A DNA stretch of 64,000 nucleotides, from positions 3,844,001-3,908,000 of the forward strand of contig JBHGNT010000013.1 in NCBI GenBank assembly GCA_043228905.1, read 5' to 3'. Within the stretch, counting starts at the first letter, position 1; each line of letters starts with the position of its first letter. The notes under the pieces are model-generated. The model saw only the letters and a program-made list of their open reading frames with translations, searched no databases and was not told where the DNA came from. Source of the DNA: Azolla caroliniana. Its lineage: Eukaryota; Plantae; Polypodiophyta. This document shows, one piece after another, positions 11,701 through 23,529 of the stretch. Position numbers and translations under genes: made by a program.

Positions 11701-13730
11701 GAGGATACATTTCTCTGACTTCGGGTCAAGGTTTTGACGCTTCTCATCGGGGATGTGCACGTACACTATTGCGCCGAATATCCGGGTGTGCGATAAGTCT
11801 GGCTTCTTTCCGAAGTATTTTTCATGCGGAGTGACCTCATGCACTCCGGATGTTGTGCACTGGTTCATTAGGTAGACGGCCATATTTGCAGCTTCGGCCC
11901 AATATGACTTGGGCATATGCTTCTCGTTCATCATGGCCCGCGCTACTTCGAGGATGTGCCAATTTTTGCACTCGGCTACTCCGTTGCGAAGTGTGTCAGC
12001 AAGTGAATTCTCGCTGAATTCCTTCCTTTCGGAGATACGCCGTGAAGTCGTTCGAGAAGTACTCATTGCCGCCATCCGATCGAAGGCATCGTACATGAGG
12101 ACCAGTGGCTTTTTTGACTTCGTTTTAAAACCTTTGGAAGTGTCCAAACACTTCGCTCATTTGCCGCATCGGATAGAACCACATGTGCCTGGAGAAGTCG
12201 TTGATGAAGAGCACGTAATATCGGCATCCGCCGAATGTAGCCATCTGCACTGGTCCCCATACGTCGGAATGGACTACGTTGAGTAGACCTTTGCTCATGT
12301 TCCTCTCTTTCGGGAATGGGTGTCGGTGTTGCTTGCCGAATTGGCACGCTTCGCATACACCTTCAATCTCATTCTCTTTGAATGTCGGGAGTCCGATGAC
12401 GACTCCTTTCTATTTCATTTCTTTGAGTTTGTTGAGATTGATGTGGCTGATTCGCTTGTGCCATAGCTCTATGTTAGAGTCGGCTTTCGTGCTTTTTGCG
12501 AACATGACGGATTTCATCTCATGTGAATCGAGAATGAACATCCGGCCCTCTCTTCTTCCGTGCGCGATGATTCGGCCCTCTTTTTCGATGAAGCACCCTT
12601 CTTGGTCAAATCGTACTTGCATCTACGGTTTCAACATAACCGGGTCGCTCCGGCTCTCGAAGTTCGAGAAACCATTCTTTATGAGATGTCATATGGTTTG
12701 AGGCTCCGGAGTCAACAAACCATACATCCTCCGGATTGATTGCACTAGTTGAGGTAGAGGCTGACATAGAGTTTTCTCTATGTTTCATCATGAACATTCC
12801 GCCACCGTCGGAGTTGTGCCCGTACATTCCGATATACTCTTTGTAGTCGGAATTGTGCGCGTAATTCGTGAGTTGTCGGCTTGTAGAAGCCGATTCATGC
12901 ATCTTCTTTCGGCACTCTTCTTCGTGGTGGTCGAGCTTTCCGCAATATCCGCATTCGGTTGCGTTTTGACGGCTCATGTCGGATTGGAAGCTCCCCCTTC
13001 TTGCGAAGGTTCCTCGTTGGCTTCCGTTTTGCAGCCGAAATTGGGAGTTGTTGTCGTAGGTCGGACCTCGTCCGCCTTGTCCTTAGCCGAATCGGCCTCT
13101 CGCTCGTCTGTGTCCTCTTCCTCCGTTCGAGTGCGTGTAGAGCATGTGGCCTTCCGACTCATTGCTCCTTGTACACACGTGGTTTTCTTCGACCAATAGC
13201 ATTGATTGGACCTCGAAGAAGGAGGGAGATTTCTTCCTTGCTAGAACGGCGGTTCGCATCGCACCGAACCGTGGTGCGAGGCCTCCGAGGCATATTTGCA
13301 CCATCTCATCATCATCGATATTTACGCTTATCGAGCCGAGCGAGTTGCAAAGCCCCTTGATCTTCAAGGTGTATGTCGTGATGGACATGTCCCTTTGTTG
13401 AATGTTGTTCAACTCTTGGAAGAGTTGAAGCCTTATTGTGGTTGTGTTCGCCGCGAAAATGTTTCGTAGATTTTCCCATGCCTCCTCCGGCGTCTTGGCT
13501 TCGCGAATGTAGCCGAGCATGTGATCGTGAAAACATGTCGCCAATCAATACATCACGCGGCTTGCGGCTTGCTCCCATGTCGCATGTTCGGGAGCCGTTT
13601 CGACAGGTCAGTCTTCGTGCACTCCTTTGATGTAGCTCCAATAGCCTTGTCCGACAAGGTATTGGTGCATAGATGTGAAGTTGTTTCGATCCAACTTCTC
13701 GGTAGGGAGAGTGCTCCCCATTTGAGTATT
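8800..13730 (-). pseudogene. Copia gag-pol polyprotein remnant
   Basis: CGYCGKLDHHEEEC knuckle, WFVDSGASNHM protease, LWHKRISH, NGVAE integrase, YKARL, LYVDD RT, DADWAG RNase H; many stops and frameshifts. Confidence 0.9.
10495..11132. mobile_element. Solo LTR (638 bp) inserted in the Copia pol
   Basis: TG...CA termini; exact TSD GCTAC (10490-10494/11133-11137); host reading frame resumes across it. Confidence 0.8.
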
Positions 13731-14276
13731 TGTTATGTCAATTCTTTTTCTTCTTCTTCTTCTCTCTTCGAATGCGAGCTATGTAGCGAAGTTACGATAG
13801 CGATGGGCCGGTTCTTGGTCATCAGCGTAGGACACAACGCATGCGGATGGGCTAGATTGAGCTACCAAGTCGCTCTGATACCATGTAAAGAATCAAGAGA
13901 TGGATTCTGTGCAGCGGAATAGATATGAACTGTGTGTGTGTATGAGAGAGAGAGAGAGTGAGTGAGAGAGACAAGGAGTAAGACACAGAGAATACGCAAG
14001 GTAAAGTATATTAACAAAGGAGAAAGACTCAACATTTTACAAGGTGGGAGGAGGGTGCTTTATATAGTCACCCTCTCTCTTCATTAACTACAAGACTCAT
14101 GGAGCATGGGGAATGTGAAATCTCATAAGGTATGTGTCATAGAATATGATTCTATGACTCATACTAAATGCTAGAATACAAAGTGGTGACATAATGGTGA
14201 CTCTTGACCGTTGGAGTGTCTATTCACTCTCAAGGTGAGTTCACACACTAGACCAAGTTGAGCTTGATTCTCAACA

Positions 14277-14763
14277 ATATGTGTTATATGTATGGCATGT
14301 GCATATGTAAGTATGTGATATATGTGCATATGTAAGTATGTGATATATGGCATGTGCATATATGTATGGCATGTGCATATGTCAGTATGTGATATATGTG
14401 CATACGTATGTATTGTATGTGCTATGTGTGGCATGTGCATATGTAAGTAAGTATGTGATATGTGTGCATATTCTATATATGTGCATATGTATGCATTGTA
14501 TGTGCTATATGTGTGGCATGTGCATATGTAAGTATGTGATATGTGTGTATGTTCTATATATGTGCATATGTATGTATTGTATGTGCTATATGTGTGGCAT
14601 GTGCATATGCAAGTATGTGATATGTGTGACATATGTTCCATACATATATGTGCAGATGTATGTATTGTATTTATTGTATGTATGGCATGGGCATATGTAA
14701 GTATGTTCTATATATGTGCATATGTATGTATTCTATGTATGGCATGTGCATATGTAAGTATGG
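14277..14763. repeat. Degenerate TA/TG/CA-rich array with a roughly 80-bp higher-order unit
   Basis: Repeated GTGCATATGTAAGTATGTGATATG motifs; continues at 39061 after removing the Copia. Confidence 0.9.
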
Positions 14764-15250
14764 TGTTGAGATACAAGGTCAACATTCGCCGGATTGGTGT
14801 GTAAACCGGTGCGTAAGTTGGTACATAAACCTGTGTGTAAACTGGTACGCAACAAGAGGCCAGATCCGTGCGGAAACCGGGAGGCCGTTGAACAGATATT
14901 CCGCGAGGGAATATATTTGGGAGTTAGTGTAGGAGCTCAGTTATGAGCATTGAAGTACGTGTTAGTACTTCCGTATGGACTTGTACAAAAGTGCTCCCTG
15001 AGCACATCCTATGTACAGAGGTTTTACACATTATTTTGAATTTAGTTTTTTCTGTGTGTTCATTCCCTCTCTATCTCTCCCGCGTACATTGTGTCTTAAG
15101 CTCTCCATTAAACCTGTTTTTCTTTCTCTGTCGGTATTTTGTGTTTCGTATAGCTTCCGCACGTAACATTTCACATGGTATTAGAGCATCAGGGTTGAGA
15201 ACCTCTGCAACCGACTTCAGCTCAAAACAACAAAAACAAACCTAATCTCG

Positions 15251-18019
15251 GTGAAGCTCAGACATGGATACTGGAGCTATGTCGATGGCGCGAATGAGGC
15301 AACACCTGAATCGACACACAAAGACTTCCTGGCCTGGGAACAGTCGGCGAGCACAGTTCTCTACTGCTTCGCATCCTGTGTGAGCGAACAATTCTTGAGC
15401 TACATTCAGGATGCAAGAACGCCGAAGGATTCTTGAGGAAATCTGAAAAAGATTTTCGCCGCAAGCACCACAGCCAGGAAGCTCCAACTCTGACAGGAGT
15501 TGAGCAATGTGCGTCAACGCGACATGACGGTGGCTGACTACAACTCCAAGGCAAAGGATATCTGCGAGTCTCTCGCCTCCATCGATGTGAACGTTGAGGA
15601 GGGCGAAATGGTGCAGATCTGCCTCGAAGGATTGGCGTTGAAGTTCGGAGCATTCCGAACTGCCATTTGTACAAGGGAGAATACACCGTCGTTTTTCGAC
15701 TTACAGTTGATGCTCCTTGTAGAGGAGAATCACGGGGGTGCATCGACGAGTACGCACGCCGAGAACAAGATGTTGTACATGAAGGGAAATAGGCCCCGTG
15801 GTCGTGGCGGACGAGGCGAGTTGGCACACAATGGAAGCGGTCGACGGGAGCAAGGAAGAACGCATCGTGGTGATGCTGACAACAATTCTAGCCCCTCTGG
15901 AAGCAAGGGGAGTCGAGGAGGCGACGAGAACCGGCAATGGAAACACGCCGCAGAATGTTGGTATTGTGGCAAGAAAGGCCACAAGGAGAGCGAGTGCTGG
16001 AAGAAGTGTGCCGATTCGGAGAAAACCGGATCCGGATCCGGACGAACAAGGAAATCGGCAGCGGACGCACTACGGCGAAGGATCCGAAAAAGTCAGAAAG
16101 GGGGCAGCCTTCGTGACAAGACACAAAGTGAACTCGATGAAGAAGACCACCCCGAAATTGGATGAAGTGTGGTACGTTGACTCCGGAGCGTCAAACCATA
16201 TGTCGAACCATTAGGGTGGTTCTCATATCTGGAAAAACCGGAACAACCGGGAGTAGTCGCAACAGGAGATGACACTCCGCATCCGATTGTACATGTCGGT
16301 GAAGTTCCCCTCAACCACGTCGGGCAAAAAGGGAAGCTAATGAACGTGTTACACGTCTCGACAATTACGAAAAATTTGGTGTCGGTCGGATAGATTGTCG
16401 ACCAGGGGATGCAAGTCCGGTTCACACATCTTGGGTGCTTCATCGAGGAGGAAGGCCAAGTCATTGCGCAAGGGCGCAGAGATGGGAGGATGTTCATCCT
16501 CGACACCAATGACATAGGCACCAACATGTTCGTGAAAGGGCAAAAAGTCGAGTCAGATATCGACTTGTGGCATAAGAGGATAGGCCACGTCAACTACCAA
16601 AGGCTTCAGGACCTGCAATCGAAACAAGTTGTGTTCGGATTGCCGGAATTCAGTGGTCGAAAGGCCCAAATTTGTGAAGCCTGCTAGCTAGGGAAGCAAC
16701 ACAAACTTCCATTTCCCAATGAGCATAATCGGAGCCGAAATAAGCTCCACTTGATACATTGAGATGTATTGGGACCGGCAGAGAACGTGAGTCTCGGTGG
16801 GAGTCAATATTTCGTCTCCTTCATCGACGACTACACCCGACACACATAGATCTACCTCATCGAAAAGAAGAGTGAAGTCTTCGACTATTTTCGGAACCTC
16901 AAAAATCTTGTCGAAAGGGAAACATGGAGGAAGATCAAGTGCCTATGGTCGGATGGCGGAAAAGAGTACTTTTCCGGCCAATTCAACAATTATCTTCAAC
17001 AAATGGGAATTCGGCACGAATTCAGTTGTAGGTATACACCGGAGCAAAACGGCGTAGTCGAAAGGAAGAATCGGTCGGTTGTGGAAGCAGCACGGGCAAT
17101 GCTGGAAGAAAAGTGCATGCCCAAGTTCTATTGGGCCGAAGCGGTCCGAACTGCGGTCTACATCCAGAATCGGATCGGTGAAAAAGTGTCGGCACATGAG
17201 TTGTATTTCGGAAGGAAGCCGAATCTACGACACTTGAGGGTTTTTGGTAGCATTGTGTATGTGCATGTGCCGAAGGAGAAGCGGAGGAAGCTTGACGGGA
17301 AAGCCGAGAAGTGTATCTTGGTCGGCTTTTCGGACGAACAAAAGGGTTATAAGTGTTATAACCCCCGAACCAAACAAGCTTGCGTAAGTCATGATGTTGT
17401 GTTCGATGAGTCCGTGTCTTTGTATTTGCCTCCGACTTCAGACTTCCACTCCAATCTGAGTTTTGAAGATGAGGTCAGTGAGGCTGAGATGCCTCTTGAT
17501 GAGCACGAAGTTGGAACTCTGGAAGAGAGTCCGATCTCATTTCGGCTAAGTGGACCGAATGAGTGACTGAGTCGGTTTGACTAGTCAGATGAAGATCCAA
17601 TGAGTAGTGGAGACTCGCCCGTGCACTCCCCAAGTAGGAAGCCGAAGAGACGGCTTACGTGCAAAGAAAAGGGAAAGAAGAAGATGCCTGAGTATGGCAC
17701 AGATAGGGACGATTCAGATCGACACGAATCCGACTCCGAGAAGAGCGATGACGGGCCTTCAAGAACGAAGCCCACGTCGGCCAGAACGACCTCAACATTG
17801 GCTAATGAGCAATTACGCCGATCTACCCGCCAGAAGAACCCTATTGTGCGGTTTGGATACAACGAGTACATGGCACATCACTATGCATACATGACACATG
17901 TAGCGGAAATGCGTGAGCCGGAGAGCTACGCAGAATCGGCAAAGGGCGGCAAATTGGCGTGTCGCCATGGAGGAAGAGATGAACGCACTTGTGGAGAATG
18001 AAACCTGGGACCCGGTTGA
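15251..18019 (+). pseudogene. Copia gag, protease and integrase remnant
   Basis: CWYCGKKGHKESEC, WYVDSGASNHM, LWHKRIGH, TPEQNGVVERKNR, KGYKCY. Confidence 0.9.
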
Positions 18020-18394
18020 TGTCAAGAATAGTACTAAATAGAGAGAGAATTAGTACTAGAGAAGAGAAGTACTATTAGTACTAAGAGGACGGGACTGCGT
18101 AAAATTCTCGAGAGAGGAAGATAGAAGAGGAGAGAGAGAGAGATAACGAGAATGAGAGAGAGAGAAAGATGATGACAACAACTAATATATTATGTGAAAG
18201 ATAAGTACAAGTGGCTAAGAGGCTTAAGACTGGCGTTGAACCAATTTGGTTCAAAACAATGCCTTGTGCCTCCCTTTATAGTGTTTTTAGGAATAATCCT
18301 GAAGCTTCTAGAATGTTCCAGAGAGATCTAGAATATACATCAATTTTCTATGATAAAGCATAAATGAAAATAATATCCTATAAATTACAATTCA

Positions 18395-18452
18395 TAGTCT
18401 AATGGTAAGAGCTCGACCCTTGTAGCATAAGTCATGGGTTCGAGTCTTGCCA
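18395..18452 (+). promoter_or_regulatory. tRNA-type A/B box module in LTR U3 (antisense to element)
   Basis: TAGTCTAATGG at 18395 and GGTTCGAGTCT at 18437; second copy 20142/20185 (43 nt). Confidence 0.6.
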
Positions 18453-18819
18453 TATCATGACACTATCTCCCCTTTAAAGACGACGAGTGGAACGAGTCGG
18501 CGCTGATTGCGGACCGGGTATGTCTGGATACTTTTGGTGGAAATCAACAAGAAGATCCTGAGTATTGGCAACATGCTCGACGGGTTCCCAAGTATGTTCG
18601 ATCGGACTATAACCAAGCCAATTGACCAAATAATAAAGTTTGTTGCGAACAAGTTTGGAATCAAGAATGGCAACAACTTCATACTCTGGGCCGGCGTCCA
18701 ACTCCAGCGGGGGCGGCGGTGGTGCAACACGATCGGGAATAGTGTTTGCTTTATAAGGTTCAAGAAGAGAACAATGGAAAACCGGATGTATCTGAAGCTG
18801 CGGAGAGAGATCAAGGCGG

Positions 18820-19947
18820 TGACGGGAACTCAACGCTCCTTATACGCAACGCTCGGCCACAACCGAGCTTCGAATCATACACAGAAAACAGGAAACGGAG
18901 AAACACGACACAAAGGAGAGAAAAAGGTGCACAGGATGTTTAACGTGGAAAACCCAAACTAAGGGAAAAACCACGACAGTGTTGGGAGACAGGTCCCTCC
19001 GGATGGGAAGGGAGAAGAACAGTGCCGAAACGGTATGATGAGTACCCGGCTACGGAGAGCCGGATGATACAGGCCCGATATGAACCGGATGAAGAGTACC
19101 CGGCTATAGAGAGCCGGATGGTGCAGGCCCGGTATGAACCGGATGAGGAGTACCCGGCTACGGAGAGCCGGATGGTGCAGGCCCGGTATGAACCGGAGGA
19201 AGAGACATATTCGTAAATATGTTTCTGAGAGCCCATCGAGGCTATATTTGTAAATAGCCGAAAAGTCATATTAGTATAAATATGACTTAGGGCAAACTTT
19301 CAGTAACTGTTGTTGTTGTTGTCATTTTTCTTGTTGGTGCAAGAAAAAGAGAGAGTGCGTAACTGTACAGAGAGAGAGAGAGAGACGAGGTCGTTGCCTC
19401 TATTGTAACCGCCGCCTGTGGCGAAGATCGTGAGTCCGAGGTCGTTGCCTCCGTGTACTCACTATTTTGTACATTCATACATAGTGACAGTTTGCAGCCT
19501 GTGGGCTGCCGTGGTTTTTTTCCCTTAGTTTGGGGTTTTCCACGTTAACCTCCTGTGTACCATTTCTCTTCTTTGTGTCATGTTCTACTTCCCATTTTCT
19601 GTATATGAAAAGAATCTCGGTTGTGGCCGAGCTTTGTGCATAAGGAACGACAAGTTCCCGTCAGGCAGCCCACAGGCTGCAAACTATCACTATGTTGGAA
19701 TGTACAAACAGTGAGTTCACGGAGGCAACGACCTCGTGCTCACGATCTTCGCCATAGGCGGCGGTTACAACAGAGGCATCAACCTCTTTCTCTCTCTCTC
19801 TCTCTGTACACTGTTACGTGCTCTCTCTTCTTCTACTTGCACCAACAAGAAAAATGACAACAACAACTCACACAAAGTTTGCCCTAAGTCATATTTATAC
19901 TAATATGACTTTTCGGCTATTTACAAATATAGCCTCGATGGACTCTG
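18820..19947 (-). mobile_element. Truncated LTR (same family as 1-346), split by an inverted solo LTR of its own family
   Basis: 18820-18979 and 19664-19947 are reverse complements of parts of 18980-19663. Confidence 0.75.
18980..19663 (+). mobile_element. Solo LTR (684 bp) with about three 54-bp U3 tandem repeats
   Basis: TGTTGG...CCGTCA; TSD GACAG/GGCAG; GGGTTTTCCACGTTAA motif typical of Copia LTRs. Confidence 0.8.
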
Positions 19948-20210
19948 ATAAGTACAAGTGGCTAAGAGGCTTAAGACTGGCGTTGAACCAATTTGGTTCA
20001 AAACAATGCCTTGTGCCTCCCTTTATAGTGTTTTTAGGAATAATCCTGAAGCTTCTAGAATGTTCCAGAGAGATTTGGAATATACATCAATTTTCTATGA
20101 TAAAGCATAAATGAAAATAATATCCTACAAATTACAATTCATAGTCTAATGGTAAGAGCTCAACCCATGTAGCATAAGGTCACGGGTTCGAGTCTTGCCA
20201 TATCATGACA

Positions 20211-21044
20211 GTTGACGCCCCCAAGGGCGTAAAGCCGATTGGATGCAAGTGGGTGTACAAGGTCAAGTACAACACCGACGGCTTGGTCAACTAATACAAG
20301 GTCCGGTTAGCAGCAAAAGGCTACGCGCAGCAACATGACATCGATTACGATAAGACGTTTGCGGCGTTCACAAAGATGATGACAGTTTGTGTTTTGTTTG
20401 TGGTAGTTGCGGTGAAGGGGTGACACTTACATCAGATGGATGTAAAGAATGTATTCCTGCAAGGCGAGCTTGAGGAACAAGTGTACATGTACAACCCCCC
20501 GGATTTCACTCCGGAACGAACACTTCGGCGGTATGCCGGTTGAAGAAGTCCCTTTACAGATTAAAGCAAGGCTTGTGTGCCTGGAACGCGAAGATCACGC
20601 AACGATTGCGTCGGATGGGATTGTCCAAATCAGACTCTTCATTGTTCGTCTGGCAAGGTCGACTTGGGCCAGTTAGTATCTTACTTTATGTTGATGACTT
20701 GGTCATCTCCGGTGTCGACCTAGGTGAAATTGACTGCGTAAAGCTCCAGCTTGTGGCATCATTTGATATGAAGGACCTGGGGGACCTTCATTACTTTCTT
20801 GAGATCGAAGTGATCCGAAACCCCGAAGGCATACTGATCAGCCAACAACATTACATGATGAGTACGATCTTCAAGTTGAAAATGGTACCCTGTAACTCCA
20901 TCTCAACTCCTCTCAACACAATTGTGAAGCTTCGCCCCGACTCCGAAAGGTCTGTGACCCGAAAAGGTCTGTGACAGATTGTCAGAAGCCTCATTTACTT
21001 GACTATCACCCACCCAGACTTCAGTTACCTGGTCGGCTTGATTA
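20211..21044 (+). pseudogene. Copia reverse transcriptase remnant
   Basis: [30 protein letters not shown] motifs. Confidence 0.9.
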
Positions 21045-21589
21045 GGGTCGAAGCACGCTACGGTGTACCAGAAAAGTACTGTTTTTGGCCACAAAAATTG
21101 TCAGTACTTTCAATATTGTTAGTACTGAATAATTCAGAAAAAAAAATAGAGAAAAAGAAAATCGATTTTGGAGAGTGGGGTGACTGTAGTACAAGTGTCA
21201 TTTACTGTAGAAGGAGTGGGGGGAACACGTGAGGAGATGTTCTTCCATTTTGGGGGCTATTTTCCCCTCACGTCGATTTTGGCGCTTCCCCTCACGTTGT
21301 TTTGTTGCTTCCCTTCATACTGCTCTTCCTCTATCCCTCTGAGCTTTTCATCACAGACATCCATGTCACGTTTCTGATTTTCCTTCAATCTAAATCTCAG
21401 CCATCCATGTCTGGTTGGAGAGTTTGAGTTGAGGATTTCTGATTTTTTTAGGGTTTCTATTTTTGTTAGGGTTTAGGTTGAGGTACAGAGACTGTTCTGA
21501 GGGTTTAGGTAGCAGCCAATAGTGACTTCTTCGACAACGACTTTCTTACTTCCACCGATTGCAGTTGATGTCGTGGTGATTTGGGGCTT

Positions 21590-21840
21590 TTTCCACCAAA
21601 TCGAGGCGGCATTGGAGGTTCCTTCCACCAAATCGAGGCGGCATATCCAACACTCCCTCCACCATTGGAGGTTCCTTCCACCAAATCGAGGCGGCATATC
21701 CAATGCTCCCTCCACCATTGGAGGTTCCTTCCACCAAATCGAGGCTGCATATCCACGCTCCCTCCACCATTGGAGGTTCCTTCCACCAAATCGAGGTGGC
21801 ATATCCAACGCTCCCTCCACCATTGGAGGTTCCTTCCATC
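21590..21840. repeat. About 53-bp tandem repeat (4-5 copies) with a CCTCCA-CCAT-TGGAGG hairpin
   Basis: Unit CCTCCACCATTGGAGGTTCCTTCCACCAAATCGAGGCGGCATATCCAACGCTC. Confidence 0.9.
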
Positions 21841-23529
21841 CATTTTTTTATTTTCAGTACTAAAATGTTTCATTTCTTCATATTTCAGTACTAAATTTTT
21901 AGAATTGACATTTGTCATATTTGATATGTAATTCTAATGTTTGAAACAAAATATTTCTCACTTTGCAGGCCACATTTAAAAACATTTGATTGTGTTTTCT
22001 TGGTTGAGTCTATATAACATTAACTACTTTCGCTAGACACTTAATTTTTGTGGATAAATCTAGTGACCGAATGGGGGTTCCTAACGAGAGTGAGTTGTGA
22101 AGTAACTCATGCATATCTGAAAGGACTAAGAGACGAGTGGTTCTTCACATAGTCCGTTATTTGGTAGAAATAACGAAGAGATTTAGTGAAGAGGATCGTA
22201 GGGATATTATCTGTAGAGTGTTACACCATCAAAGTTTGAATGAAGACATGGAGAGAATAAAATTTAGGGACCAATGTGTTTCAGAAGAGATTGTGGAGTC
22301 TATGAAGTCATCCCTAGACTTAGTGAAAGGTGTAGAGAGCTTAGACAAACTTGTTGCAAAGAGGGTAGCCCTACACATGGTTGTGAATGGTGCGAGAGAA
22401 AAAAAATATAGTGATACTAAAGTTGCCTTAGCCCTGGGTATTCAAAGAAGGAACTTGAGGAAACATCGCCGAAATATACACTCAAGCAAATTCAAGTGGC
22501 TGGGGTTGGGACGTAGAAGACGATGTGATGCCTTATCTCAAGAGATTATTGAGAAAGTGGATTCATTTTGGGCCAAAAATACGTGTGTCTCACCAAATAA
22601 GAAGGACGTGTGTAGACAACAAATAAGTCAGGGTAAGTACTAGATTCACCCTAGACACTTCTTGGAGATGACAGAGGTATTCCATTTTTTTATATCAATT
22701 CACATTCCATAACTTTGTGTTTTGACAAGTTTATATTAATGTTTGCTATATATATTGGTTGATGTAGGCTGAATTGTACATGAACTTTAAAGACCAACAT
22801 CCAAGCTTGACTGTTGGATTCCGCAAGTTCCAAGGTTTGAAACCATTTTATGTTAGAAAATTAAATGAGAGGAATACATGTTGTTGTGTGTACCATGTGA
22901 AGATGGACATGTTAAGGCTAGCAGTGAATGCAATACGTACTGATTCTAAGGGTATACACGGGGAATTATGTGTCTACACTTGTGAGATTTGTAGACCAAA
23001 TGGGGAGGATAATAGGTGTAATGCACGAAACATGACTTATGCATCCGTTTCTGAGCTATGGAGGTCTTGTGTTTGTGAAAAAGAACCATCATCTGAGTGG
23101 CATCGTCGTACATGTCTATTAAGAACATGTAAGGTTTGTCCGCTACCATTATTTTGTAGGCAAGAGCTTGATTTGGGAAATAGTCATATCGTGAAATGGA
23201 AATATTTGGAGTATGTGACTGAAAATATTGGCAAGGGAGTTGTAACTAAGTGTATCAAGGAAGTATATAAGGCGACATGTGCTGCTACCCTTCTCTTAGA
23301 ATTTAAGAAACAACTTGGGGAGTTCATTCCACATAACTTCCAGAGTTATTGGCAAAATTCACAATTCAAGGAATGTATTAATAACTTACCAACGGGTGTC
23401 ATCGTATCCGTTATTGATTTTGCACAAAACAATACATTTAAAGTTCAAAAAGAAGTTCAATCAATGCATTGGGACAATGATCAATGTACAATACTTGTAC
23501 ATATTTGCTATTGGAGGCAAGATGGTGAG

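Larger units (their letters stand above)
8287..14276 (-). mobile_element. Degenerate Ty1/Copia element
   Basis: 5' LTR 13884-14276, 3' LTR 8287-8569 (split by the Gypsy insertion), PBS TGGTATCAGAGC (iMet) 13872-13883, PPT TTGAGGGGGCG from 8570, gag-PR-INT-RT-RH order. Confidence 0.93.
18020..20210 (-). mobile_element. Internally deleted chromovirus (3' LTR, chromodomain end, partial 5' LTR)
   Basis: TSD GTTGA (18015-18019/20211-20215), 3' LTR 18020-18462, PPT, chromodomain ORF 18474-18833 (EYEVVAILD...YLVNWLGY...TWEP), 5' LTR remnant about 19947-20210. Confidence 0.88.

Noticed and set aside
21590-21840. CRISPR-like palindromic repeats
   Set aside because: The units are head-to-tail with no unique spacers, there are no cas genes, and the context is a eukaryotic TE.
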